Source: Vicinamibacteria bacterium
GTDB lineage: Bacteria; Acidobacteriota; Vicinamibacteria; Marinacidobacterales; Marinacidobacteraceae
DNA length: 64,000 bases
Reading direction: 5' to 3'
NCBI GenBank assembly: GCA_963555995.3
Contig: OY821641.1
Coordinates: 3,456,001 to 3,520,000, forward strand
Shown: piece after piece, positions 11,961 to 27,256 of the stretch
How the letters are laid out: each line of letters begins with the position of its first letter
Numbering within the stretch: position 1 is the stretch's first letter
Made by a program: the position numbers and the translations under genes
The notes under the pieces: generated by a model
Told to the model about the DNA's origin: nothing
Databases searched by the model: none
The model's input: the letters and a program-made list of their open reading frames with translations, nothing else

Positions 11961-13711
11961 CTCCCGGCCGTCAGTTTCCGCCTCGAGCCGCCCTTGTTCC
12001 GCTTGCCCTTGCCGGTTGTCTCCACGACGCTGGCGTCCGCCTCCCGGCGGTCCATGATGCGGCTGGTCACCGCCTGCTGTCCCATGGAAACCACGTTGTT
12101 CGCGAACCAGTAGAGCACCAGCCCGGACGGCGCCCACGCCATGATCAGGACGAAGATCAACGGCATGAACATCATGATCTTGGCCTGGATGCCCTCGGCC
12201 TGGGTCGCGGTCATCTTCTGCATGATGAACTGACTCGCGCCCATCAGCACCGGGAGGATGAAGTAAGGATCTTCCCGCGACAGGTCCTGAACCCAGAACA
12301 CGAACGGCGCGTGCCGCAGCTCGACGGAAACCACGAGCAGCCGGTAGAAGGCGAAGAAGAAGGGAATCATCAGCAGCATGGGCAGGCAGCCGCCGATGGG
12401 CGAGACGTTGTGCTCCCGATAGAGCGCCACCATCTCCTGGTTCATCTCGCCGCGTTTCGGATCCGTCGGTTTCATCCCCTTGTACTTGTCCTGGATCCGC
12501 TTCACCTGCGGACTGATCTTCTGCATCCGCCGGATGGAGACGTAGCTGTAGTGCTTGAGCGGCGCGAGCAGGAGGCTGATCAGGATGGTCACCAGCACGA
12601 TGGCCCATCCGTAGTTCCCCATCAGGTCGTAGGCCCAGAGCAGCCCCTGCCGAATCGGAACCACCAGGAACCGCAGCCAGGCGCCGAATTCCACGATGTC
12701 CACTCCCAGTTCGGTGAGCAGCTCCACCTGCTTCGGACCCGTGAACAGCGTGAATTCGCTGGTCCCGGCCGATCTCAGGTGTGCGACCAGGAGATTTCGG
12801 GAGCCGGTCGGGTCCGCCGGGGGGATTTCGAAGCTCTCCCACGGAATCGCCAGCGCCTCCAGCCGCGCCTCGTAGCGCTGCCCGGGGTCCGCCACCAGCA
12901 GGCCCGCGAAGTAGTGCGACGCCACGCCGACCGCCTGGGCCGAAAGGCTCGCCGCCTCCCCTCCGGCGGCCTCGCCGAAGGAGAAGAGCCGGCTCTCGCC
13001 CCCGGACTCGATGACGCCCTGCTCGGCGCCCTGGTATCTCCCGATGGAACTCTCGTTCTCGATCCCGGGGCCGAACAGGACCTCCTTCAACTGTTCCGCG
13101 CCGCCCCGGATCGCCGAGACCGACACCTCCATGCGGTAGTCGCCGCCCTCGACCCGCACGGTCTTCGAGACCTCCAGGCCGTCCGCGGACGCCCAGCGGA
13201 ACGCGATCTCGCGGGTTTCTCCGTCCCTCAACTCCAGCCGGACCGGGCCCGTACGGACCTGCCCGTCCACGGCGACCTCGTGCAGCGCGGTCGTGAGGCG
13301 GGCGGGGGCGGGGTCGCCGGGGAGCACCACGTCGAGCGGACGCACTGAATTGACCAGATCGTCGCCCTGTGGCAGCGCCTCGAGCGGAGCGCCCACGGAA
13401 TCCGTGTGTTCGAGCAGCCGCAGCCGCAGGAGCCGGCCTCCCCGGTTGGAGAACTCGGCCACGTAGCGGCTCGTCTCCACCGCGATCCGCTGTTCGCGCT
13501 CGGCCTCCCGTACCTCCGTGGTGGCCTCGGGAAGGGCGGCTTCGTCCGCCGGGACGGCAACGTCCAGGACCGGGGGTGACGTGGGGCTCGCGGCGACCGG
13601 CGTTTCCTCCGCCGGAGGCGCCGGCGGCGCGCTCTCGGGTCCGAAGAAGCGGACGAAGAGAAGAAAGACGAAGAACGACAGCAGGAACGCGAGAAGAACG
13701 CGCCGTTCCAT
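11957..13711 (-). CDS. yidC: Membrane protein insertase YidC
   Basis: Start reset to MERRVLLAF; NYGWAIV, GGCLPML, ELRHAPF-W-DLS-DP, PSGLVLYW. Confidence 0.97.
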   Translation of the reverse strand: MERRVLLAFLLSFFVFLLFVRFFGPESAPPAPPAEETPVAASPTSPPVLDVAVPADEAALPEATTEVREAEREQRIAVETSRYVAEFSNRGGRLLRLRLLEHTDSVGAPLEALPQGDDLVNSVRPLDVVLPGDPAPARLTTALHEVAVDGQVRTGPVRLELRDGETREIAFRWASADGLEVSKTVRVEGGDYRMEVSVSAIRGGAEQLKEVLFGPGIENESSIGRYQGAEQGVIESGGESRLFSFGEAAGGEAASLSAQAVGVASHYFAGLLVADPGQRYEARLEALAIPWESFEIPPADPTGSRNLLVAHLRSAGTSEFTLFTGPKQVELLTELGVDIVEFGAWLRFLVVPIRQGLLWAYDLMGNYGWAIVLVTILISLLLAPLKHYSYVSIRRMQKISPQVKRIQDKYKGMKPTDPKRGEMNQEMVALYREHNVSPIGGCLPMLLMIPFFFAFYRLLVVSVELRHAPFVFWVQDLSREDPYFILPVLMGASQFIMQKMTATQAEGIQAKIMMFMPLIFVLIMAWAPSGLVLYWFANNVVSMGQQAVTSRIMDRREADASVVETTGKGKRNKGGSRRKLTAGR

Positions 13712-13719
13712 GACCTTGG

Positions 13720-14025
13720 CTATCCGATCCGTTCCGCGCGGCTGGCGGGAACGGCGTCGTACCCGGACCCGCCGAACGGATGACAGCGGAGCAGCCGGCG
13801 CGCGCTCAGCAGAACCCCGCGCCCGGGGCCATGAAGCCGGATGGCTTCCTCGGCGTAGTGCGAACACGACGGCTGAAACCGGCAAACCCCCGTAAAGAGC
13901 GGACTGAACGCCACCCGATACAGCCGGATGAGGTTCACGAAGAACCCGACGAGAGCACGCTTCACGAGGCCGGGCTCCCGATTCAAGGGGTCGAGAGCCG
14001 TAGTGCTACGGGAAACCGCCGCCAT
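13720..14025 (-). CDS. yidD: Membrane protein insertion efficiency factor YidD
   Basis: CRFQPSCSHY, RCHPFGGSGYD; start approximate. Confidence 0.92.
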   Translation of the reverse strand: MAAVSRSTTALDPLNREPGLVKRALVGFFVNLIRLYRVAFSPLFTGVCRFQPSCSHYAEEAIRLHGPGRGVLLSARRLLRCHPFGGSGYDAVPASRAERIG

Positions 14026-14026
14026 C

Positions 14027-14440
14027 TCAAGCCTGCCGCCGCCTACCGCCCGGGTCCGGTCGCCCGGTCCCCTGCTGCCGCCGTCCGCTTCCGCTCGCCC
14101 TCCTGGTCGCGGTCCGGTAGGCACGCTCCAGGTCCGGCCAGGAGGCCTTCTCGATTCCGCGGCGGGCGATCAGGACGAGATCTCCGGCAGGACGTTCCCC
14201 CCGCCGGTACACCTCGCGCAGCAGACGCTTGGCTCGGGACCTCTGGACGGCTCCTCCGACCTTCCGGCTCGCTACCACTCCGAGGCGCGGAGGCGCGCCG
14301 GCGGGAACTCCGGCCGCCCGGATGGCCACGAGGCAGGAAGAAACGCCGCGCGCTCCGGACGCCATCACCGTCCGGAACTCCGAGGACCGGACGATCCGCT
14401 GGTCCCGCGACAGAGACCCGTCCCGGCGGGCGTCCATCAT
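14027..14440 (-). CDS. rnpA: Ribonuclease P protein component
   Basis: RLGVVASRKVGGAVQRSRAKRLLRE. Confidence 0.92.
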   Translation of the reverse strand: MMDARRDGSLSRDQRIVRSSEFRTVMASGARGVSSCLVAIRAAGVPAGAPPRLGVVASRKVGGAVQRSRAKRLLREVYRRGERPAGDLVLIARRGIEKASWPDLERAYRTATRRASGSGRRQQGTGRPDPGGRRRQA

Positions 14441-14450
14441 CTACCGGCTG

Positions 14451-14585
14451 CTAAGCCGACAGCCTTCGGCGGCCCCGGCGACGCCGGCGCGCGATGACCG
14501 CGCGGCCGCCCGGAGTGCTCATCCGTGCCCGGAAACCGTGCTTCCGCTTCCTCCGCCGCCTATTGGGCTGAAACGTCCGTTTCAC
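14451..14585 (-). CDS. rpmH: 50S ribosomal protein L34 (not in the ORF track)
   Basis: Hand translation from GTG: [44 protein letters not shown]. Confidence 0.97.
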   Translation of the reverse strand: MKRTFQPNRRRRKRKHGFRARMSTPGGRAVIARRRRRGRRRLSA

Positions 14586-15044
14586 GGGATTGTCCTCTCC
14601 AAGTCATTGAATCCAAAAGAAAAACCCGGTGGTCGAGGCCGCTGTCGCAGCGCCGCCCAACCGAGCCCGACAGTATACCGCCAACGCACGTTTCCCGTAA
14701 AGTCAGTTTCGGTTTCACCCTGTATGCGCGCGGGCCGTCCATGGCGCTGTAAGCGTTCCTCGGGCGATGTTCGCCCGTGGATTTGCCGCGCGTCCGAAAC
14801 CGCAGTACCGGATTCCCGGCGAGCCTAAACCGGCCGGGAGGAGCCTGCGCCGGTTCCCCGCATCTTGTTTTTTTCTCGGGGAATTCTGGGGGTTGTCAAG
14901 GTCGGGCGGCCCGGCCCCGAAAGGGCGTTGCTACATTCCGCGCGGTCGTTGAGAACCGCGCCGCCGCGAGCCGGGCGGGCGGTTCTTTCCCCTTTTTGGT
15001 CCCAGCTACTGCTGCGCCTTCCAGCCCCAATCTTCGATCTTTTC

Positions 15045-16505
15045 TTGCACCGATCTTCGCGCCTGGCCACCGCCACCGAAGCGCCACAAACCGCCGAGAA
15101 CCGGTGGATGGAGGTGCTGTCCGCCATCCGGACCGGCCTCTCTTCCCACGAATTCGACACCTGGTTCGCTCCGGCCCGGTTCCTGAGCGCCGAAGACGAC
15201 GTCGTCGTGATCGGGGTTCCCAACGCCATGTTCGCGAACCACCTCGAGGGCGAATACCGGGACCGGATCCTGCGCGCCTTCGCGGCGGCCGGCAGCCCCA
15301 TGGCTTCGATTCGCTGTTCGGTCTCCGCGGGTCCATCCGGCGGCAGCGGAACCGCCGCCCTGTCCGACGACCCCGGCGCGTCTCCGGTGATGGACGACGG
15401 CCGGCCCGCGGTGAACGCCGTCCCGTCCGCCGCCCATCACCCCGGCAACGGCGAGTCACCCCGGCCAGCCCTGCGGAGCGATTCCGTTTCCGCGTCCTTC
15501 TCCTTCGATTCGTTCGTGGTCGGCGCGAGCAATCGTTTCGCGCACTCGGCAGCCCTCGACGTGAGCAATCCGGGAGTCCGGTCCTCCCCGTACAACCCGC
15601 TCCTGATCCACGGGGAGACGGGGCTCGGCAAGACCCACCTCCTCCAGGCCATCGCCCGGCGGTTCGTCGAACAGAACCCGGGGCGAAGGATCCTCCTCAC
15701 CAGGGGAGACGCCTTCAGCAGCCATGTGATCAGCGCCGTCCGGGCGAACGACCTCTACGGTTTTCGCAACGAGTGCGCCGAGCTCGACATGCTGCTCGTG
15801 GACAACATCCAGTTCATCGCCGGTCTGGACCGCTTCGGCCGGGTTGCCCAGGAGTTCTTCCACGCACTCACCGCGCTTTCGGACCGGGGCCGGCGGATCG
15901 TCCTGACTTCCGACCGAGACCCCCGGGACATCCCGAATCTGGATGCGCAGATCAAGAGCCGCCTGGAAGCCGGACTGACGACCGGGGTCGGCAATCCCGA
16001 CTGGGAGGTGCGGGCGGCCATCGTCCGCAAGAAGGCCGCCACCCTGGAGTTGGAGCTGCCGGAAGGGGTTGCGGAGACCATTGCGTCCCGCTACCGGAAC
16101 GACGTCCGGAAACTCGAAGGGATTCTCAACCGGCTGGTCGCCGAATCGAACGCCAACCGGGTCCGGATCACGCCGGCTCTCCTCGACCGGATCGTTTCGG
16201 AGCACGCCTCCCGGCGAAACCGTCAACCCTCGATCCAGGAGGTGCAGGTGGCCGTGGCGAAGGCCTTCGGCTTCCCGCCCCTGCGACTCGTCGGGAAACA
16301 ACGGGCCAACGTGCTCTCCCTCGCGCGCCATGTGGCCATGTACCTCTGCCGTCAGACAACCGGCCGGACGCTCGTGGAGATCGGGAAGGAGTTCCGGCGG
16401 GACCATTCGACGGTGACCTACGGGATCCGTCGCGTCGCCGCCGCGCGCAAGCGCGACCTGGGACTCAACCGGCTCATCGAGCGTCTCCTGGACCAGCTTT
16501 CCTGA
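15045..16505 (+). CDS. dnaA: Replication initiator DnaA (start uncertain, about 15045-15108)
   Basis: FDTWF, FDSFVVGASN, YNPLLIHGETGLGKTHLL, VRKLEG, RDHSTV. Confidence 0.96.
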   Translation: MHRSSRLATATEAPQTAENRWMEVLSAIRTGLSSHEFDTWFAPARFLSAEDDVVVIGVPNAMFANHLEGEYRDRILRAFAAAGSPMASIRCSVSAGPSGGSGTAALSDDPGASPVMDDGRPAVNAVPSAAHHPGNGESPRPALRSDSVSASFSFDSFVVGASNRFAHSAALDVSNPGVRSSPYNPLLIHGETGLGKTHLLQAIARRFVEQNPGRRILLTRGDAFSSHVISAVRANDLYGFRNECAELDMLLVDNIQFIAGLDRFGRVAQEFFHALTALSDRGRRIVLTSDRDPRDIPNLDAQIKSRLEAGLTTGVGNPDWEVRAAIVRKKAATLELELPEGVAETIASRYRNDVRKLEGILNRLVAESNANRVRITPALLDRIVSEHASRRNRQPSIQEVQVAVAKAFGFPPLRLVGKQRANVLSLARHVAMYLCRQTTGRTLVEIGKEFRRDHSTVTYGIRRVAAARKRDLGLNRLIERLLDQLS

Positions 16506-16549
16506 TCGGCCGGAGCGAACGGGGCTTGTTCCAGGCCCCTTGACGCCGT

Positions 16550-16826
16550 CTAGCAGCCTGTGGACAAAGTCACGCGGCATTCCCGAGCCAAGAGGGATAG
16601 GAGCCGGGTGAACCCGTCCCCTATCCCTCTCGCTCCGGGGTCTGCGCGGGGCTCACGCCCCGCTAACGACGCGAACGCCGATGCATCCCGCCTGAACCGC
16701 GCCTCTACGAGGCGCTCTGCGTTGCGTTTCGGTCGGAATACACCCGGTATTCCTCCCTCACGCGCCTTGTCAGCCGGGCGCCTCGGCGTTCTCGGTGCTC
16801 ACGTCACTTTGTCCACAGGCTGCTAG
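16550..16826. mobile_element. MITE-like element with terminal inverted repeats and CTAG flanks
   Basis: CTAG-CAGCCTGTGGACAAAGTCACG ... CGTCACTTTGTCCACAGGCTG-CTAG (one mismatch); internal hairpins; related fragment at 63003-63068. Confidence 0.75.
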
Positions 16827-16919
16827 AGCGCGGCTGACGCGCACCCGGCCGATGCGCCACGAGGGTTCACGGCGCCGCGTCGGACGCGGAAACGCGTGGC
16901 CCTCGGGCGCCCCGAAGAA

Positions 16920-17140
16920 TGTGGAAAGAGTGCGGAAAACCTGTGGAAAACGTGTGGATTTCCCCGGAAAACCAGGCATCCCGAAAGCACCCGGACACCG
17001 GCGCTCCGGCTTTCCCCAGCGCGCCACCATCCCCCCGGCAGTTCGCCAACATTCGGCAACCCTTGTAAAGCACCTTTTTTCAGTAACTTGGCTGATTCTT
17101 CAACACTTTCCACACGGCAAATTAACGACTATAATTCCTC
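16920..17140. promoter_or_regulatory. oriC core: DnaA-box-like cluster and unwinding region
   Basis: TGTGGAAAG, TGCGGAAAA, TGTGGAAAA and TGTGGATTT at 16920/16931/16942/16953; TCTTCAACA and CTTTCCACA at 17097-17114, then AAC GAC TAT AAT; between dnaA and dnaN. Confidence 0.8.
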
Positions 17141-17285
17141 CCTGACGGCTCCTCTGTTTCTATTGATCCGTTCGATCTTTGCGCCCCTCAAGGTATTGAA
17201 TCGAGGCGTCTCTGATCCTGTCGCTTTCCGCGGAAGTCTCCCGGACTCCCGCACGGCCAATTGCTGATCCAGAAAAGAGCACTCC

Positions 17286-18410
17286 ATGGACTTCACCACT
17301 GACCGAGAAGCCCTCCTGGCAGAACTGAACCTGTTCGCCGGCGTGGTTGAGAACCGGCCGTCGGACCCACTCTCCATGTTCTCGAACGTCACCTTCCGGC
17401 CGTCGGAGAACGGCTGCGAACTGACGGCGTCGGGCGGAGAGATCGGCCTGAGGTCCAGCATCGCCGCGGAGACCAGCGGCGAGGGACTGCTCAGCGTCCC
17501 GGTGAGCCTGCTGGCGCGCTGGCTCAAGGAAGGGCGCGCGGAGAAGGTCTCGTTCCAGGAAACCGACCAGAACTGGATCCAGGTCCGCTGCGGAGGCAAC
17601 GACACCCGCATCCCCGGCCGGGTCGGTGACCCGCCAACCATCTCGGAGCCCCCGGCGGATCCGCTCTGCACGGTGCCGTCCGAGATGTTCGCGACCCTGC
17701 TGCGGTCGGGCTCCTACGCCTTTCCCGCCGCGGTGGACGCCTCGGTCGCGACCGCCGGCGCACAGATCGAGGTTGAAGGCGGCAGCGTGCGGATCGTTTC
17801 GTCCGATCACTCGCGCCTGGCCTACTCCAGCGCCACGCTGGGAGATGGGAACGGGGCCGCTTCCGGCGGCAAGCAGGCCTTCGGACTCGGAATGAAGGCG
17901 ATTTCCGAGTTGACCCTGCTGGCGCGGAGCGGTGACACCGGCATGCGCTTCTTCGAAGGCGAGAACCACCTCTTCCTCGAGTTCGGACACCGGCTGCTGG
18001 TGTGCGCCAAGCTCGCTGATCGGCTGCCCGAGTACGAGCACGTGATCCCACGCGACTGCCCGATCCGGATTCGCGCCAGCCGGGAGGGGCTGCTGGGCGC
18101 CGTCCAGGCCGCGCTCCCGTTCTCGACCGGTGACTTCAACCGGGCCAAGCTCGATATCGGCGACGAATCCATTCGGATCGACGTCACGTCGGTGCGGGGA
18201 GAGGCGATCTCGGACGTCGAGGTCCTGGAAGCGTCGGGCACTCCGCTCACCCTCCATCTGAACCTCGTGCACCTGCGTGATTTCGCGAAGAGTTTCGACT
18301 GCGAGGCGGTCGCGCTGGAGTTCAACACGCCGGACACGGCGTTCATCCTGCGCCCGGTGGACGAGGACGACAGCATCGAGCACTTCTGCGTCGGGATGCC
18401 GCTCGTTTGA
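17286..18410 (+). CDS. dnaN: DNA polymerase III beta sliding clamp
   Basis: 374 aa, SDHSRL, PEYEHVIP, C-terminal MPL; follows dnaA/oriC. Confidence 0.9.
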   Translation: MDFTTDREALLAELNLFAGVVENRPSDPLSMFSNVTFRPSENGCELTASGGEIGLRSSIAAETSGEGLLSVPVSLLARWLKEGRAEKVSFQETDQNWIQVRCGGNDTRIPGRVGDPPTISEPPADPLCTVPSEMFATLLRSGSYAFPAAVDASVATAGAQIEVEGGSVRIVSSDHSRLAYSSATLGDGNGAASGGKQAFGLGMKAISELTLLARSGDTGMRFFEGENHLFLEFGHRLLVCAKLADRLPEYEHVIPRDCPIRIRASREGLLGAVQAALPFSTGDFNRAKLDIGDESIRIDVTSVRGEAISDVEVLEASGTPLTLHLNLVHLRDFAKSFDCEAVALEFNTPDTAFILRPVDEDDSIEHFCVGMPLV

Positions 18411-18439
18411 TCAACCCGCGACCACTCACGGTCCGCTGA

Positions 18440-23728
<5,289 letters not shown>

Positions 23729-23732
<4 letters not shown>

Positions 23733-24460
23733 TGAACGCGACCGTCCGTTCCGCCCTCCCGGACTTCCGCTCCGCCTTCCGCGGGCTCGGGATCGCGGTG
23801 GCGGCGTCCGCGGCCGGCTGTTCCTCCCCGCCCGAGGAGGCGCTCCTCTCGCAGTTCTTCCGCGCCATCGCGGCGGAGGATCGGGTGAGCGCCGGCGGGC
23901 TCTCGATGGCCGGCTTTCCCGGGGGCCCGATTGAATCGTGGGAGATCGTCGAGAGCGGGATGGTGACCGAGGGCCCGTACCGGGTGCCGGAGCTCCGGCA
24001 GGAGGAGACGGACGCCGAGGCGGCGCGGGACGAGCAGTTCAAGATCTTCTACGACTTCCGCCAGGCGAATCAGGAGGCCCTCGCGCGGATCACGGACCGC
24101 CTCGAAGACGACCCGGACGCCGTCATCGGCGGGCGCCTGGGGGAGATCGCGGCCGAGTGGAACGCCCACGCGGCGGAGCGGCGCCGGCTGGTGTCCTCGC
24201 TCAGCGAGGTGCAGATGGCGCTCGAGGAAGAACGCCGGCGCGCCCAGCGGAGCCTGCTGCGGGAGGCGCCGGTGGACTACCTCGCAGGGAACATTTCGGA
24301 GCAGGAGGTGCTCGTGCGGACCGTGGAGGAGGGGGCGGCGCACGGCTACCGCTTCACCCTCATCCGCTACAACCTCCGGAACCAGCAGGGCGCCGAGGTT
24401 CCCGCGCGCTGGATCATCGCCGCCATCGCGCCCACCCCGGAAGCCGCTTCGTCACCGTGA
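23729..24460 (+). CDS. Hypothetical lipoprotein with coiled coil
   Basis: Lipobox-like AAGC after a hydrophobic stretch; GTGA overlaps with gyrA and pyrE. Confidence 0.7.
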
Positions 24461-25020
24461 CCGGCGACGCCCGCAGCGTCCTGCTTTCCATCCTGCGGCG
24501 GGAATCGGTGAAGTTCGGGGAGTTCACGCTCGCAAGCGGAGCCAAATCGTCCGTCTACGTGGACGCGCGGCTCACGGTGATGCGGTCCGACGCCGCCGGG
24601 CTGGTAGGCCGGGTCCTGCTGGACGCGATGGACCGCTCGGGCTTCCGGGCGTCCGCGGTGGGCGGGATGGCAGCGGGAGCGATCCCCCTGACGACGGCGG
24701 TCGTCATGGAGGCGAACGCCGCCGGCCGGCAACTGGCGGGATTCTTCGTGCGGAAGGAGGCGAAGGGCCACGGCCGCGGGCGGCGCATCGAGGGGGTGGA
24801 ACACCCGCGGGGCGCGGCCGTCATCCTCGAGGACACCGCCACCACCGGGAAATCCACCCTCGCAGCGGTGGAAGCCGCCCGCGAGGCCGGCTTCGAGGTC
24901 GTGGGAGCGGTGGCGCTCGTGGACCGCGGGATGGGCGCCGGCCCGCGCCTGGCCGAGGCCGGCGTCCCCTACGCGGCCGTGTTCGATCTGGACGACCTCA
25001 CGGACAACGCCGCAAGCTGA
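24457..25020 (+). CDS. pyrE: Orotate phosphoribosyltransferase
   Basis: GTG start; FGEFTLASG-SSVYVDAR, RKEAKGHG, ILEDTATTGKS. Confidence 0.93.
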   Translation: MTGDARSVLLSILRRESVKFGEFTLASGAKSSVYVDARLTVMRSDAAGLVGRVLLDAMDRSGFRASAVGGMAAGAIPLTTAVVMEANAAGRQLAGFFVRKEAKGHGRGRRIEGVEHPRGAAVILEDTATTGKSTLAAVEAAREAGFEVVGAVALVDRGMGAGPRLAEAGVPYAAVFDLDDLTDNAAS

Positions 25021-25045
25021 CCCCACCCACCCTCACGGCGCGCCC

Positions 25046-25100
25046 GGCTTGGAACGCGGGTCTCCAGACCGGCACGAGCGGTGCTCCGCACCGCGCCCGG
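25046..25100 (+). repeat. Single REP-like unit between convergent pyrE and uvrD
   Basis: GGCTTGGAACGCGGGTCTCCAGACCGGCACGAGCGGTGCTCCGCACCGC. Confidence 0.85.
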
Positions 25101-25105
25101 CGAAA

Positions 25106-27256
25106 CTAAACCCGCTCCAGCCGCGCGAACTCCAGGACCAGCCGCCGGCGGCCGTGGACCCGGAACAGCACGGAGAGGCGCTTGCCGTCCGGGTCCACCG
25201 TCTCCACCCGGCCGACCCCGAACTTGGGGTGGCGCACGTTGTCACCCTTTCGGAACGGCCCCGCGGCCGGCGCCGTCCCGAGCGGAATGGCCCGGGCTTC
25301 CCCGCGCGCGGCGTCGAGCAGGTCGCGGGGAATCTCGCCGAGGAACCGCGACACCCCGCCGCGCGACCGCAGGTAGGGTGCGCCGCCCGGCGCCGCCGAG
25401 AGCTGCAGGCGCTTCCGCGCCCGCGTCATTCCCACGTAGAAGAGACGCCGTTCCTCTTCGAGCTGGACGTCCGATTCGAGGGAGAACGCGTGCGGGAAGA
25501 GCCCCTCCCAGAGGCCGGCGAGGAAGACCGAATCGAACTCCAGCCCCTTGGCGGCGTGCACGGTCATCACCATCACCGGCGGCACGCCGGGGTCGGCCCC
25601 TTCTTCGGGCATCAGGTCTTCCGCCGACAGCAGGCTCACCTGGTCCAGGAAGGCGTCCACGGCGCCCTCCGGGTTCGAGCGTTCGAACTCGCGGGCGGCG
25701 TTCTGCAGCGACACGAGGTTCTCGAAGCGCTCCCGGTCGTTCTCCTGGAAAAAGGGGCCGAGGCCGGCGTCCGCGATCGCCGAACGGACGACCTTTGCCG
25801 GTCCCCCGGAGATGGCGCGGCGAACCGCAGCGATCCCTTCCACGAACGCGCGGAGACCGTTCAGCGCCCGGGCCGGCAGGCCTCGCTCCGCCACGACCCG
25901 CTCCGCCGCCGCCAGGAGGGAGGTTCCGTCCGCGGCTCCCTGTTCTTCGATGCGCCCGAGCGACTTCGGACCCACGCCGCGCGGAATCGCCGCCAGCGCC
26001 CGCCGAAAGGCGGAGTCGTCGCCGGGATTGGCCGCCACCCGGAGGCAGGCGAGCGCGTCCAGCACCTCGCGCCGCTCGTAGAAGCGGAGCCCGCCCACGA
26101 TCACGTGCGGGATCCGATGGGCGGCGAACGCTTCTTCGAACGCCCGCGTCTGGGCGCGGGTGCGGAGGAGCACGGCGGTGGAGCCGCGCCCCTCTCCCTG
26201 CCCCGCGATCTCGATGGCGATCGCCTGCGCCTCGCTCGTTTCGCTGGCAAACGAACGGAACCGGGCCCGCTCGCCCTGCTCTCCCAGCGGCCGGAGGGTC
26301 TTGCCGTCCCGGCGCCGGTTGCGGCGGATGACCGCGTTGGCGGCGTCCACGATGGCGGCGGTGGAGCGGTAGTTCTCCTCCAGCCGCAGCACCCGCGCGC
26401 CCGGGAAGTCCTCCCGGAAACGGAGGATGTTCCGGAAATCGGCGCCCCGGAACGAGTAGATCGCCTGGTCGTCGTCGCCGACCGCGAAGACGTCCCGGTG
26501 ACCCGTCAGCCGGAGGACCAGCCGGTGCTGGGTGGGACCGGTGTCCTGGTACTCGTCAATCAACAGGTGGCGGACGCGCCGGGCCACGAACGCGCGGGCC
26601 GCCTCCGAGGCGTCCAGTAGCTCGAGGGCGCGGATCAGCAGGTCGTCGAAGTCCACGCCCTTCCGTTCGGCGACCTTGCGCCGGTAAAGAGCGGTCGCCT
26701 CCCGCACGGATTCCCCCAGCCGGGGGTCCCGCGGTCCGCGGAACGCGGCGCCGGAGGCTTCGGCGTTCCGGAGCCGGGAGACCAACTGGACCAGCCGCCC
26801 CAGCGGGAGCCGGTCGTCGTCCATCAGGAGCTCGCGGGCGACCTGCCGAATCAGGGCGCGGCTCTCGTCGGCCCCGAACACCGGGAATCCGGACGGCAGG
26901 CCGATGTCGCCGCCGAAGCGCCGCAGCAGGTTCAGCCCGAACGCATGGAAGGTGGAGACCCAGGGCCGGGATCCGGTTTCCTGCACCTCGGCGGCGAGGG
27001 CGTCCACCCGGGTGCGCATCTCCCGCGCCGCCTTGTTCGTGAAGGTGACGGCGAGGATGGATTCCGGCGGGACGCCATCCACCAGCAGGCGCCAACCGAT
27101 CCGGTGGGTGATGACGCGGGTCTTGCCGGAGCCGGCCCCCGCGAGCACCAGCGTCGGTCCGGCGGGCGCCGAGACCGCTTCCTGCTGGGAGGGGTTCAGC
27201 CCCGCGAGGACCGACTCCCCGGCGCGGTCGTGAGGGCGGACCGGATCAGTCGTCAC
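25106..27256 (-). CDS. uvrD: UvrD/PcrA SF1 DNA helicase
   Basis: LAGAGSGKT, TFTNKAA, DEYQD, NYRST, TVHAAKGLEF, EERRLFYVGMTRA, C-terminal HPKFGVG. Confidence 0.93.
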   Translation of the reverse strand: MTTDPVRPHDRAGESVLAGLNPSQQEAVSAPAGPTLVLAGAGSGKTRVITHRIGWRLLVDGVPPESILAVTFTNKAAREMRTRVDALAAEVQETGSRPWVSTFHAFGLNLLRRFGGDIGLPSGFPVFGADESRALIRQVARELLMDDDRLPLGRLVQLVSRLRNAEASGAAFRGPRDPRLGESVREATALYRRKVAERKGVDFDDLLIRALELLDASEAARAFVARRVRHLLIDEYQDTGPTQHRLVLRLTGHRDVFAVGDDDQAIYSFRGADFRNILRFREDFPGARVLRLEENYRSTAAIVDAANAVIRRNRRRDGKTLRPLGEQGERARFRSFASETSEAQAIAIEIAGQGEGRGSTAVLLRTRAQTRAFEEAFAAHRIPHVIVGGLRFYERREVLDALACLRVAANPGDDSAFRRALAAIPRGVGPKSLGRIEEQGAADGTSLLAAAERVVAERGLPARALNGLRAFVEGIAAVRRAISGGPAKVVRSAIADAGLGPFFQENDRERFENLVSLQNAAREFERSNPEGAVDAFLDQVSLLSAEDLMPEEGADPGVPPVMVMTVHAAKGLEFDSVFLAGLWEGLFPHAFSLESDVQLEEERRLFYVGMTRARKRLQLSAAPGGAPYLRSRGGVSRFLGEIPRDLLDAARGEARAIPLGTAPAAGPFRKGDNVRHPKFGVGRVETVDPDGKRLSVLFRVHGRRRLVLEFARLERV

